Assembly (NCBI GenBank): GCA_963933835.1
Contig: CAWVVV010000001.1
Location: forward strand, 448,001-512,000
From: an uncultured Puniceicoccaceae bacterium
Lineage (GTDB): Bacteria > Verrucomicrobiota > Verrucomicrobiia > Opitutales > Oceanipulchritudinaceae
Length of the DNA stretch: 64,000 nucleotides
Reading direction: 5' to 3'
Shown here: positions 16,795 through 26,538 of the stretch, one piece after another
How positions within the stretch are numbered: position 1 is the first letter of the stretch
Layout of the letters: the number at the start of each line of letters is the position of its first letter
Translations under genes and position numbers: made by a program
Notes under the pieces: generated by a model
Databases searched by the model: none
Told to the model about the DNA's origin: nothing
What the model saw: only the letters and a program-made list of their open reading frames with translations

Positions 16795-18098
16795 GCATCG
16801 GCAAAGGGGTTAACACCATCAACCCACGTTGCACCAACCTGATAGGAAAGGTTAGTGCCAACGTATGGCGAATGACTGTGTCGATCGAGCAGATCCGATT
16901 TCGACACCGTAGCCTCCGCTCTTTTCAAACGACAGAGATCAGCCGGAAAGCCAACCTCTAGGCGACCGGTATCGAGGCCGAAGATATCGGCAGGCGCATG
17001 CGCAACCAGATCGGCCACCGTTTCGATTCGCTGCCCACGGCACACTAGCCCTTCTGCAAGCAGCGGCAGTGAATGCTGAACACCCGATATGCCACCCCAA
17101 GCGGCAGCGAAGTTTTCGCCCTGTTTCATCGAAGGAGGACAGGGCGAATGGTCTGAGCCCACTGTATCCACTTCCCCTCTACAAAGCGCTTCCCAGAGCT
17201 TTGTTTGTTCAGCTGCGTTTCTCAGCGGAGGTGCGCACTTCGCCAATGGGCCGAGCCGCTCAAGGTCATCCTCCGTCAAGCAGAGATAGTGTGGGCAGGT
17301 CTCGGCGGTCACATCGATGCCTTTTCCTTTAGCTCCTGTAATAAGCGCAAGGCCATCTGCCGAAGTCACGTGCACGATATGCAACGGACAGCCTGTTTGC
17401 TCGGAGAGGGACAGCGCTTCGCGGATTGCGATCAGCTCAGCTTCGATCGGGCGACTCTCTAAAAATGCATTCACATCACAACGGCCCGCCGATGTCATCT
17501 CGGCCGCAAGTCGTGCGGTGAGCGCTTCGTCTTCGGCATGCACTGCGACACGCATCCCCGGAAGCTTTGCGACGATTTCCATCCCCTTGCCGAGTGAATC
17601 TGAGTCCACGCGCGCAAAATCGTCGATGCCACTGTCAGCCATAAAGGCCTTAAAGCCAATCACGCCGCACTCATAGAGCGGCTCAAGTTGATCAAGGTTA
17701 TCTGGTGTCAGCCCGCCCCAGAGTTTTACCTTCACGCGGCTATGCTTCTTCGCCGCCGCTTCCTTTTCTCTGAAACGTTCAGGAGTGAGCAGCGACGGAG
17801 ACGAGTTAAGCGGCATATCAAAGACGGTTGTTACTCCACCCGCAGCGGCCGCGGCCGAGCCACTTGCAATGCCTTCCCAGTCTGTCCGACCCGGCTCATT
17901 GAAGTGCACATGCGCATCGATCATTCCGGGTAAAAGCCAATCACCTCCAAGATCGATTTCTTTGACCGCCTTTCCTGACACGTCAGCTCCAATCTCGCTG
18001 ATTCGGCCCTCTGAAATCGCGAGGTCTCCTTGGATTGGACCCGAAGGCGTAATCAATATTCCATTACGAAAAATAAGGTCATGCAACGACATCGCCAA
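16791..18098 (-). CDS. allB: Allantoinase
   Basis: PGMIDAHVHFNEPGRTDWEG, GGVTTVFDMPLNS, VHAE, ETCPHYL, KCAPPLR, GSDHSP, AWGGISG. Confidence 0.9.
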   Translation of the reverse strand: MAMSLHDLIFRNGILITPSGPIQGDLAISEGRISEIGADVSGKAVKEIDLGGDWLLPGMIDAHVHFNEPGRTDWEGIASGSAAAAAGGVTTVFDMPLNSSPSLLTPERFREKEAAAKKHSRVKVKLWGGLTPDNLDQLEPLYECGVIGFKAFMADSGIDDFARVDSDSLGKGMEIVAKLPGMRVAVHAEDEALTARLAAEMTSAGRCDVNAFLESRPIEAELIAIREALSLSEQTGCPLHIVHVTSADGLALITGAKGKGIDVTAETCPHYLCLTEDDLERLGPLAKCAPPLRNAAEQTKLWEALCRGEVDTVGSDHSPCPPSMKQGENFAAAWGGISGVQHSLPLLAEGLVCRGQRIETVADLVAHAPADIFGLDTGRLEVGFPADLCRLKRAEATVSKSDLLDRHSHSPYVGTNLSYQVGATWVDGVNPFADA

Positions 18099-18445
18099 AG
18101 CCTTCCTCTGCTAAGCGTGCAACTGCATCCACGAAGACCTCTAGGGCTGCTCGGATGTCTTCGGGTTTCACGTATTCATCGGGGTGGTGGCTGAGCCCTT
18201 GGCGGCAGCGAACGAAGAGCATTCCCACGGGGCAAATCTCCGACATCGCGACGGCATCGTGTCCAGCCCCACTGATAATCTGGGGAGCCTTACCCTGCAC
18301 CGCCTCAGCGCTGCGCGTAAGCAGATCTACTAGGTGCGGATCCATCGGCACCACTTCTGATTGCTGCAGGTAATCGAAACGCAGACGAAGCTTTCTCACC
18401 CGAGTGACTTCAAGGCACTTGGCATGGATCATTTCCGCCCGAAGG
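18079..18445 (-). pseudogene. allC: C-terminal fragment of allantoate amidohydrolase (M20 family); the N-terminal part is missing
   Basis: SGAGHDA, GMLFVRC..GLSHHPDE. The frame meets a stop upstream near 18487, so only ~120 aa of a ~410-aa enzyme is present. Confidence 0.75.
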
Positions 18446-18536
18446 TGCCATATATGGCGTATATATCGAGATTGACTTATCGTGCCTTATATGACGTCTT
18501 ACTGCCTTTCATACGATTTATACGTCACAAAGGACG
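18446..18536 (+). promoter_or_regulatory. Three palindromic operator-like boxes (YGYC-N6-GRCG) upstream of the hipBA-type operon
   Basis: TGCCATATATGGCG (18446), TGCCTTATATGACG (18483), CGTCACAAAGGACG (18523); spacing 37 and 40 nt. Confidence 0.6.
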
Positions 18537-18540
18537 CTTA

Positions 18541-18888
18541 ATGATAATCGAGCCAAATACGCCCGTTGAAAATATTCTCATCGAATGGGGGCATCGTCTC
18601 GCTGCAAGGCGACTCGCTAAGAACCTAACCCAAAAGATCCTAGCTCGTGAGGCTGGCATCGGTTTGCGCACCTTGCAGCGTCTCGAGAGCGGGGCCGTCG
18701 CATCGCAGCTATCGAGCCTTGTGGCCGTTTGCAAAGCGCTCGGTCTCGACGGCGAGCTGGCGGCATTCATCCCAGAACGAGCGATTAACCCGATGGATCA
18801 GCTCCGCCTAGCAGGCAAAGAGCGCCAGCGGGCTTCCAACGTCGCCCAAGATTCTGCTCCTGACGAACCTTGGGCGTGGGGCGAGTAG
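18541..18888 (+). CDS. XRE-family helix-turn-helix antitoxin (HipB-like)
   Basis: GHRLAARRLAKNLTQKILAREAGIGLRTLQRLESG; C-terminal WAWGE; 3 nt upstream of hipA. Confidence 0.85.
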   Translation: MIIEPNTPVENILIEWGHRLAARRLAKNLTQKILAREAGIGLRTLQRLESGAVASQLSSLVAVCKALGLDGELAAFIPERAINPMDQLRLAGKERQRASNVAQDSAPDEPWAWGE

Positions 18889-18891
18889 ACC

Positions 18892-20193
18892 ATGATTGCC
18901 GAAATTCGCCTCTGGAACCGCACGATCGGAGCCGCCTCGAGTATACCCGGCGATCCGATCACTAGCTTTCAATACGACCCCGACTTCATCAAAAGCGGAA
19001 TCGAAGTCTCACCGCTACACCTTCCACTCAGGGATGAGCCTTATCGTTTCCCGCAGCTCGCGCGTGAGACTTTTCATGGGCTTCCAGGGCTGCTCGCCGA
19101 CGCCCTGCCCGATCGCTTCGGAAATGCTGTCATCGATGCATGGCTAGCGAGCGAAGGTCACCCAACTGACAACTTCAATGCACTTGAGCGACTCTGCTAT
19201 ACGGGCAATCGCGGGATGGGTGCCCTTGAATTTCGGCCAATGCAAGGCCCCCAAGCTCGCCGCTCTAGCACGCTCGATATCGATACCCTCGTAAACCTCG
19301 CCACCGAGGTCCTCACAAACCGCAGTGAGCTCGCAGGTAATCTTGCAGAAACCGCCCGAACCAAAGCGCTCAACGACATTCTCCAAGTGGGGACCTCGGC
19401 GGGTGGAGCCCGTGCCAAAGCGGTCATCGCTTGGAATCTATCCACAAACGAAATGCGCTCAGGCCAGATTGAAAGAGGAAGTGGCTTCGAGTATTGGCTT
19501 CTCAAGTTCGACGGCATCGCCGCCACGGTCGAGCGCGGCCTCACCGATCTCCAAGGCTACGGAGCGATCGAATACGCCTACAACCTCATGGCCATAGCGG
19601 CAGGCATCACAATGAGTCCGTGCCGTCTCTTTGAAGAACGTGGCCGACGTCACTTCATGACACGTCGCTTTGACCGCACCGCCAGCGGCGAAAAACTCCA
19701 CATGCAAACCCTCGGAGGCCTCGCCCACTTCGACTACAATCAGGCTAATGCGCACAGCTACGAGCAGGTCTTCGCCGTGATGGAGCAGCTCGGCCTCACG
19801 GCCGCTGAAATCGAAGAACAATTCCGACGGATGCTCTTCAACATCGTCGCGCGCAATCAGGATGATCACGTCAAAAACATCGCCTTCCTCATGGATAAAG
19901 CGGGGCGCTGGGCGCTCTCCCCCGCCTACGACATCACCTACGCCTACAAACCCGGCAACCCATGGCTGAACAGCCACCAACTCAGTCTCAACGGCCAACG
20001 CAAGACCTTTACCCGTGCTGATATCCGCGCTATCGCCAAACGGACCCGCCTCCCACGAGGCCGCGCTGATACCCTCCTCGAAGAAGTCACGAGCGCCGTC
20101 CAACGGTGGCCCGAATTCGCATCCGAGGCCATTGTTCACAAACACCAGATCAGCGCCATCGGGCAAACTCACCGGCTCGAATTCGTTTCATAG
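18892..20193 (+). CDS. hipA: HipA-family Ser/Thr kinase toxin
   Basis: N-terminal couple domain (LADALPDRFGN, RGMGALEF); P-loop GTSAGGARAK; WLLKFD; RRFDR; catalytic NQDDHVKN; LSPAYD. Confidence 0.93.
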   Translation: MIAEIRLWNRTIGAASSIPGDPITSFQYDPDFIKSGIEVSPLHLPLRDEPYRFPQLARETFHGLPGLLADALPDRFGNAVIDAWLASEGHPTDNFNALERLCYTGNRGMGALEFRPMQGPQARRSSTLDIDTLVNLATEVLTNRSELAGNLAETARTKALNDILQVGTSAGGARAKAVIAWNLSTNEMRSGQIERGSGFEYWLLKFDGIAATVERGLTDLQGYGAIEYAYNLMAIAAGITMSPCRLFEERGRRHFMTRRFDRTASGEKLHMQTLGGLAHFDYNQANAHSYEQVFAVMEQLGLTAAEIEEQFRRMLFNIVARNQDDHVKNIAFLMDKAGRWALSPAYDITYAYKPGNPWLNSHQLSLNGQRKTFTRADIRAIAKRTRLPRGRADTLLEEVTSAVQRWPEFASEAIVHKHQISAIGQTHRLEFVS

Positions 20194-20257
20194 CCATCGC
20201 TCTATAGGCTGGATGTTGAGAAATAACTCCCCTGAAATCATTCGCATCTCCTAGCTC

Positions 20258-21244
20258 ATGTTTCGACCTTTCCTAAGCAGTATCACCCTCATCGCCCTAG
20301 CCTGTCTCACGGCTTGCGTCCCCGAGGCTAAAGATACCGCGGAATCGACCCGACTCACCGTCATCCTAGACTATCTGCCTGGGCCCATCCACGCAGGCTT
20401 CTACGCCGCTGATGCGAGGGGAGACTACGCCGCCGCTGGACTCGACGTCGTCATCCAGACCCCATCCGCCACGACTGACACCCTTCGCCTCATGGCTGCA
20501 GGTCAAGCTGACCTTGGACTCGTGCCCCTTCTCGACTTTATCAATCTCCGCTCTGAGGGACGGGAGATGAAGCTGCTCATGGCTGTGGTGCAAACACCGC
20601 TCAATGCCATCATTACCTCGGCCGAATCTGGGATCAAAAACCCCCTCGATCTTGAAGGGCGTTCTATCGCGACGACTGGAATCTTAGGCGATGAAATCGT
20701 TCTTCAAGCCCTCCTCAAAGCTCATGGAGGTGACGCCACAAAAGTAGACACCATCAACCTCGGGTTTAACACTATTCAAGCCCTCGCCTCTAGCCGGGTG
20801 GATGCCGCCTTTGGTTTTTGGAACGCCGAGGGCGTGCAGTATCAAGAATCTCATGACGCTGTCGTTCTCCGAAGCTTTGAACAAGGCATCCCTGCCTACC
20901 CGGAGCTCGTTCTCTTTACTAGCGATGACCGCATCGCCGAGAAAGAAGACGCTATTCGCCGCTTTATAGAAATCACTCTCGCTAGCTACGAAAGCCTGCT
21001 CGCTGATCCCGAGGAAGCACTCATTTATTTCGCAGCATCCGTCGATGGCTATGAAATTGAAAGCGCCCGGCCCTACTACGACATCCTTCTGCCCGTCTTC
21101 CAATATCAAGCGGCCAGCTACGGACTGATCGACCGCCAAACTCTGATCGAAACAATGGACTGGCTGAGCGAGAGTGGCTTCCCGCAATACCAACTTCCCG
21201 TCGACACCCTCCTTGCTCCAGGCCTCACTGTCATTGCCCCATGA
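20258..21244 (+). CDS. ABC transporter substrate-binding lipoprotein, NMT1/THI5 (ThiY-like) family
   Basis: Lipobox LTAC; LDYLPGPIHAGFYAA..RGDYAAAGLDV; DLEGRSI; FWNAEGVQ. Confidence 0.82.
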   Translation: MFRPFLSSITLIALACLTACVPEAKDTAESTRLTVILDYLPGPIHAGFYAADARGDYAAAGLDVVIQTPSATTDTLRLMAAGQADLGLVPLLDFINLRSEGREMKLLMAVVQTPLNAIITSAESGIKNPLDLEGRSIATTGILGDEIVLQALLKAHGGDATKVDTINLGFNTIQALASSRVDAAFGFWNAEGVQYQESHDAVVLRSFEQGIPAYPELVLFTSDDRIAEKEDAIRRFIEITLASYESLLADPEEALIYFAASVDGYEIESARPYYDILLPVFQYQAASYGLIDRQTLIETMDWLSESGFPQYQLPVDTLLAPGLTVIAP

Positions 21245-22029
21245 CGACCGCTACGAACGCTTTTGAGCTCATCGGGCTCAGCCACGCCTACCAAGACGAT
21301 GGGCAGGAGACTCCGGTCCTAAACGACATCAATCTCCGTGTCGTGCAAGGTGAGTTTGTCTCGCTCATTGGTCCGAGCGGTTGTGGGAAATCAACCCTCC
21401 TCAAAATCGCTTGTGGTCTCCTACCGCCAAGCGAAGGCAAACTCACTCTCAACGATAGCCCTGCTGCGCCTCTCGGCACGATAGGCTACATGCCTCAGAA
21501 CGATCTACTCATCCCTTCGCGCACCATCCTCGACAACACAATCGTCGGATTAGAGATCGCTGGGATTGCAAAACGTGACGCTCGTAAAAAGGCCCACGAG
21601 CATTTCTCAGCTTTTGGACTCGAAGGTTTCGAAGACCGCTACCCCGACCAGCTCTCTGGCGGCATGCGCCAGCGCGCCGCCCTCCTCCGCACCTTCCTCG
21701 TCGAGCGCAGCTTCTATGTCCTCGATGAACCGTTCGGGAGTCTCGATGCCCTCACACGGCTATCGATGAACCGTTGGCTTACGGACATATGGAAACACTC
21801 TGGAGCCGGGATTCTTTTCACCACGCACGAGCTCGACGAAGCCCTCTTCCTCTCTGATCGCATTTATGTCATGGGGCCTAGGCCTGGGCGAATCATAGCT
21901 GAAATTCCGGTCACAGCCACCCGACCCCGCGACCACGCAAAGATGGCGCGCGACCCAAAGATCACGGAACAAAAAGCGCAGCTGCTAGAGCTCCTCGCAC
22001 CCGCAAAAGCGGAAGGCGGTGCTCAGTGA
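21241..22029 (+). CDS. ABC transporter ATP-binding protein (NitT/TauT family)
   Basis: GPSGCGKST, LSGGMRQR, LDEPFGSLD, TTHELDEA. Confidence 0.92.
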   Translation: MTTATNAFELIGLSHAYQDDGQETPVLNDINLRVVQGEFVSLIGPSGCGKSTLLKIACGLLPPSEGKLTLNDSPAAPLGTIGYMPQNDLLIPSRTILDNTIVGLEIAGIAKRDARKKAHEHFSAFGLEGFEDRYPDQLSGGMRQRAALLRTFLVERSFYVLDEPFGSLDALTRLSMNRWLTDIWKHSGAGILFTTHELDEALFLSDRIYVMGPRPGRIIAEIPVTATRPRDHAKMARDPKITEQKAQLLELLAPAKAEGGAQ

Positions 22030-22796
22030 GTAAGCTTTCCACAAGCGCTCCAGCCATCCTCTTCGGCCTTGGACTTTTTGGCCTTTGGGAAGCCTACGTT
22101 CGCTTCGCTGAAATTGATCCACTTCTGCTCCCTGCTCCTTCGGCTGTATTAGAATTCATCCTCGTCCACTTCCGCCTCCTTGCACCTCACACTCTTGCGA
22201 CAGCCCTGATTATTATCCTCGGGGTCCTACTAGGCGCAAGCGGTGGGCTCGGCATTGGCATCGTCCTTCACCGCAGCGAATGGATACGACGCGCGAGCTA
22301 TCCCTGGCTCGTTGCCTCCCAGATGATACCCATTCCAGCGATCGCGCCCGTTCTTCTCCTCTGGATGGGTTTCACCATCTGGCCAAAACTACTCGTCGTT
22401 GCTCTAATCAGTTTCTTCCCCGTTGCCGTCAATACGATCGATGGTCTTCGCCGAGTGGAACAGGGAGCGTTGGATCTCCTTCGCACTTTTAAGGCCAGCC
22501 CTGCCCAACAGCTTAGAATCGTGAGCCTGCCGGCCGCGTTACCTTCGATCTTCTCTGGACTCCGTATCGCAATGGCCCTTGCCGTCGTCGCCGCTATCTT
22601 TGGCGAGTGGGTCGGCACCCGCATGGGACTGGGTAAACTGATGCTCGTTTACAACAATCAAGCACGCACAGACGGCCTCTTCGCTACCATTGCACTGCTT
22701 GCCATCGTCGGCATCACTCTCTTTCTCTGCCTCGGGTGGATCGAGCGGAAACTCATGCCTTGGATCAACCCGCGATCAGCTGCCAAACGCCTTTGA
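22026..22796 (+). CDS. ABC transporter permease (NitT/TauT family)
   Basis: LLPAPS, QMIPIPAIAP, FFPVAVN, LPAALPSIFSGLR, GEW. Confidence 0.9.
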   Translation: MSKLSTSAPAILFGLGLFGLWEAYVRFAEIDPLLLPAPSAVLEFILVHFRLLAPHTLATALIIILGVLLGASGGLGIGIVLHRSEWIRRASYPWLVASQMIPIPAIAPVLLLWMGFTIWPKLLVVALISFFPVAVNTIDGLRRVEQGALDLLRTFKASPAQQLRIVSLPAALPSIFSGLRIAMALAVVAAIFGEWVGTRMGLGKLMLVYNNQARTDGLFATIALLAIVGITLFLCLGWIERKLMPWINPRSAAKRL

Positions 22797-24021
22797 CTCC
22801 CATCGCGGACGTGATCACCGCGAAGACAAAGATGGCTGAAAGGATTAGGTTCATCCCTACGCCATTCTTGTGCTCCCCCATCAAATCTCGGCGGTTCGTC
22901 AGATAAAGAATACACCCAACCGTCGCTGGTAGAATTAATGCTCCAAACGCCTGCGACACAATCATGACGAAGACCGGGCGGGCATCAAATAGCGGAACAA
23001 CGAGCCCCAACAATGAGATGAAAAAGACGATTACACGATAGCGCGTCATCGTCATATCGCGCTCGGAATTATTGTAGTCACAGAGCAACCACGGCAAAAG
23101 TAGCACATTCGGAAACTGTGATGAAACACCCGCCGCTATAATCCCGATGACAAAAATCGACGTCGCTAGGCTGCCGGCTAAAGGCTCCAATAATTCGACC
23201 ATTTGCGAAGCCCTTGAAAGGCCTAAACCCTCTGCGTAGAGCGTGCCCGCCGCAGCCGCCATGATCGAACCGCTGATAACAAACATCAATATAACGGAGA
23301 CCAAGGCATCATTGCGCTGAACTTTAGCATCCTTGATCGTCCACCCAGCCTCCTTCACCAGCGTCGAACGAATAATAAAAAGGCTCGATGAAACGGTGGT
23401 GCCTACCATCGACGCAATGATCAGAAACGGACCTTTGCCCGCATCGGCAGGAACCTCTGGGAGGCTCGGGATCAACCCCTTCGCGATCTCGACGGGGGGT
23501 GGCATCATGATGAAAGAATTGATCAGAAAGCACGAGGCCATGACCGCAACAAGCACCGCCAGCGCGCGTTCGAAAAACTGAGTCCGACCGCCCCAAAAGA
23601 TGAAGTAGACTAAAGAGATAAAGAAGATCGCGAAGGAAATCGGGGGAATGCCGCCATCAATGAACGCCTTCGACCACTCATAAGACATATCCGCTACGAT
23701 CCCCATGACCCCCATCACGCCGCCACTAACTCCAGCCGTCATAGCGATGATGAAGAAGATCCCGACGGCTGGGTGGATGTGCTTTCGGAAGGCCTGTAGA
23801 GCAGTTTCTCCGGTCACCAAGGTGTAGCGACCGTAGATCAAGATCATAAAATAAGTCGCCAGACACGACGCCACAATCGTCCAAAGCAGCGACATCCCGT
23901 AGGTTGCACCGGCCTTTGCCATCGCGGTGACAGAGCCCGTCCCGATGTTAAAACCGAGAAGAAAAATTCCGGGAAGAAAGAGTGCGAGCGTCTTGGAGAA
24001 TCTAGATTGAAGGAGAGTCAT
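22765..24021 (-). CDS. Nramp-like divalent metal transporter (divergent, lacks DPGN)
   Basis: About 11 TM helices; PGIFLLGFNIGTGSVT..AKAGATYGMSLLW; MVGTT; overlaps the convergent permease by 32 nt. Confidence 0.75.
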   Translation of the reverse strand: MTLLQSRFSKTLALFLPGIFLLGFNIGTGSVTAMAKAGATYGMSLLWTIVASCLATYFMILIYGRYTLVTGETALQAFRKHIHPAVGIFFIIAMTAGVSGGVMGVMGIVADMSYEWSKAFIDGGIPPISFAIFFISLVYFIFWGGRTQFFERALAVLVAVMASCFLINSFIMMPPPVEIAKGLIPSLPEVPADAGKGPFLIIASMVGTTVSSSLFIIRSTLVKEAGWTIKDAKVQRNDALVSVILMFVISGSIMAAAAGTLYAEGLGLSRASQMVELLEPLAGSLATSIFVIGIIAAGVSSQFPNVLLLPWLLCDYNNSERDMTMTRYRVIVFFISLLGLVVPLFDARPVFVMIVSQAFGALILPATVGCILYLTNRRDLMGEHKNGVGMNLILSAIFVFAVITSAMGVKGVWQLIAG

Positions 24022-24181
24022 AGGGGGAATTCAAAGGAGCGGAGCAAGTATTAGGGGTAGTATAATACTTCATAAAAGCGCATTCAGATCGAAATACCTC
24101 CCTCGCGTCAAACGTATGAAATATGTCCACAGACGGTAAATTCACAATACAATGACCTCACCACTGCACTATTTTCCCTCT

Positions 24182-25135
24182 TCAAAGAAATCCCACTAAG
24201 GCATTGAGCAAATATCCCGTCACTACGATTGATAGTGTAGTGATTCCAAAATACATCGCGATCAAAGGTAGGCGCATCGTGCGGCGAAGCATGATGGCTT
24301 CGGGTAAGCTCAGCGCTGCCATTGCCATCATAAAGGCTAGTGCGGTCCCCAATGGAATACCTTTTTCAAATAGCACCACTGCGACAGGGACAATTGCCGC
24401 GCAGCTCCCGTACATCGGCACTCCTAAGACCGTAGCAATTGGGACCGAAAAAATACCCGTCGCATCCATCACACGGTGAATCGTCTCTTGTGGGACGTAG
24501 TTGTGAATGAATGCGCCAACCCCAACGCCGACGAATACCCATAGCCAAATCTGTTTCAGAACACTCACCGCTTCATTCCATCCGTAACGTATCCGATCAC
24601 TCCACTTTAAGACTTTAGGCAGCATGGCAGCAGTCGAGACGTCCGTGATGTCGGTCTCAAGATGCCTCTCAAGCTTCATCCGCCCGAGCACTGCGCCCGC
24701 AAGCGTCCCAATTATCAGACCACTCAAGACATACGCCACGGTGATTGATACGCCAAACTCACCCGCCATCAGGATCACCAAGTATTCATTGATAATTGGT
24801 GATGTAATGAGAAATGAGAACGTCACACCAAGCGGTACTCCCGCCTTCAGTAGACTGATAAAAATCGGTATCGATGAGCAGGAGCAAAACGGCGTAATCG
24901 CCCCAAAAAGGGCCGCGACGACATTACCCCAGAGACCACCGCGCCCCATCCACCGCTTCAGTCTCGCCTCCGGTAGCCACGTGCGCAGGACTCCGATAAC
25001 GAAGATCATCACTGCAAGCAATAGGAAGATCTTAACCGTATCGTAGAGAAAGAAATGGATCGAGCCGCCTAGGCGCGTCGCTGGATCGAACCCGCCAAGG
25101 TCGTAGACCAAAAGATCGACGAGTTTTAGCAACAC
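24182..25135 (-). CDS. ArsP-like permease (DUF318)
   Basis: [34 protein letters not shown]...LSLPE. Confidence 0.88.
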   Translation of the reverse strand: MLLKLVDLLVYDLGGFDPATRLGGSIHFFLYDTVKIFLLLAVMIFVIGVLRTWLPEARLKRWMGRGGLWGNVVAALFGAITPFCSCSSIPIFISLLKAGVPLGVTFSFLITSPIINEYLVILMAGEFGVSITVAYVLSGLIIGTLAGAVLGRMKLERHLETDITDVSTAAMLPKVLKWSDRIRYGWNEAVSVLKQIWLWVFVGVGVGAFIHNYVPQETIHRVMDATGIFSVPIATVLGVPMYGSCAAIVPVAVVLFEKGIPLGTALAFMMAMAALSLPEAIMLRRTMRLPLIAMYFGITTLSIVVTGYLLNALVGFL

Positions 25136-25335
25136 TTGTCGCCCTTGGAATCATCGCCGCCACAGCAGTCGCCTACGTTGGCTTTTCCCTCGGCCTTCGC
25201 TTTCATCTTCTCGTCGATCGAAGAAAAGATCCGCTTGAAGAAGCCGGGGGGTTGAGCAGAAGGCTCTGTTCCACAGCAGCTAGAGTCTTCCACTTCACAA
25301 CATAATGGTGTCTCTTTAGTTTTCTTTTCTGACAT
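25126..25335 (-). CDS. Small Cys-rich protein with four Cys-Cys pairs
   Basis: 69 aa; strong RBS (CAGGAGGA) upstream; overlaps the permease start; LCC..SCC..DCC..KCC. Confidence 0.7.
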   Translation of the reverse strand: MSEKKTKETPLCCEVEDSSCCGTEPSAQPPGFFKRIFSSIDEKMKAKAEGKANVGDCCGGDDSKGDKCC

Positions 25336-25445
25336 AATTTCCTCCTGATAAAAAAGTTAGACTTCAGCCTTCAGCCATATGACTGCGGCTAGATTACCCA
25401 TGCACAAAATTAGTATCTTTGGTTTGCTGATATCAAAAGTAGTCG

Positions 25446-25808
25446 TTAACAAATACATGGCGCGCAAGCCACCGACTCTTCAGAAAGCCTAGCAACAATC
25501 GCAGAACGCTTCTTTAGATCCGTCCCAAAAGAGAGGTGTTCGCTCGAACATTCCTGAAGGCATTTCAGGTTTTCGACGAGCAGAGGGTTTTCTGCATCTT
25601 TTAGTCGATAGACCATCCATTGCGCCTGCCGCTCGCCTTCGACCATACCTAGCTCCTTCATGTAGCGCAGCTGTTTAGAGATCTTCACTTGTTCAGCTTC
25701 GAGAATCTCAATCAAGTGGCAGACGCAAAGTGGACCCTCCTTCAGGAGGTTTAAGATGCGAAGCCGCTGGATATCGCAAAGACACTTATAAACGCTAATG
25801 CATTCCAT
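25446..25808 (-). CDS. ArsR/SmtB-family metalloregulator
   Basis: RLRILNLL..GPLCVCHL (alpha3 CxC As-sensing type), ISKQL..MKELGMV, C-terminal CAPCIC. Confidence 0.9.
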   Translation of the reverse strand: MECISVYKCLCDIQRLRILNLLKEGPLCVCHLIEILEAEQVKISKQLRYMKELGMVEGERQAQWMVYRLKDAENPLLVENLKCLQECSSEHLSFGTDLKKRSAIVARLSEESVACAPCIC

Positions 25809-25827
25809 GCCCTACATATTCCACTAA

Positions 25828-25843
25828 TTGCATATGCTTGCAA
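25828..25843. promoter_or_regulatory. Candidate ArsR operator (TTGCA-N6-TGCAA)
   Basis: Imperfect palindrome TTGCATATGCTTGCAA, 20 nt upstream of the arsR-like start. Confidence 0.4.
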
Positions 25844-25902
25844 GTGCATTTTGACTTTCTACGTTCGACGAACCGTCATTCATGACCAAAGCTACCTGGA
25901 CC

Positions 25903-26535
25903 ATGTATACCGGAATCGTCACCGCCACCTTTCCTATTGCTAGTCTAGAGCGCCGAGACAACTCGGCCACTTTTGGCTTCGATTTTGATCCCGAGCACCT
26001 CGGTGATCTCAAAATTGGAGCGAGTGTCAGTCTCGACGGCGCCTGCATGACAGTCGTTTCCATTCAAGATGCACGCGTAACCTTCGATGCCTCAATCGAG
26101 ACCCTGCGTCTAACAACACTCGGCGAGAAGACGGTTGGCGACCGGATGAACATCGAGCGTTCGGCCAAGAGCGGAGCCGAAGTGGGCGGCCATGGCATTA
26201 GCGGTCATATCGACGGCATGCTCAACCTTACCGGTGTAGATCGAACGAGCGAGAACTGCGTGCTCAGCCTCAAGGTTCCTGATGCCTTTCGGCGCTATGT
26301 CTTTAATAAAGGATACATTGGAATGAACGGGTGCAGTTTAACCGTGAGCGATCTGAACCGAGCGACTGGCGAGTTCAAAGTATTCCTCATCCCTGAGACA
26401 CTTCGCCAAACCACCTTCGATGCGACCGCTGTCGGTGATCAGATCAATTTCGAAATCGACCGGCAGACTCAGATCATGGTCGATACGATCCATGATGCTG
26501 TCCATCTCGCCCTGAGCGAAACAAAGGGCAGTTGA
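25903..26535 (+). CDS. ribE: Riboflavin synthase alpha chain
   Basis: MYTGIV start, GASVSLDGACMTV, ETLRLTTLG, NIERS, GGHGISGHIDG, KGYIGMNGCSLTV, LIPETL, INFEID. Confidence 0.93.
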   Translation: MYTGIVTATFPIASLERRDNSATFGFDFDPEHLGDLKIGASVSLDGACMTVVSIQDARVTFDASIETLRLTTLGEKTVGDRMNIERSAKSGAEVGGHGISGHIDGMLNLTGVDRTSENCVLSLKVPDAFRRYVFNKGYIGMNGCSLTVSDLNRATGEFKVFLIPETLRQTTFDATAVGDQINFEIDRQTQIMVDTIHDAVHLALSETKGS

Positions 26536-26538
26536 GGC

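Noticed and set aside
20194..20257. Possible TPP riboswitch ahead of the ThiY-like transporter
   Set aside because: Only a TGAGA fragment is present; the region is too short and lacks the CTGAT...AGCG/GGGA elements.
25903..25920. MYTG rather than MFTG N-terminus, suggesting a lumazine protein
   Set aside because: All other riboflavin synthase motifs are intact and MYTG variants are common in genuine enzymes.
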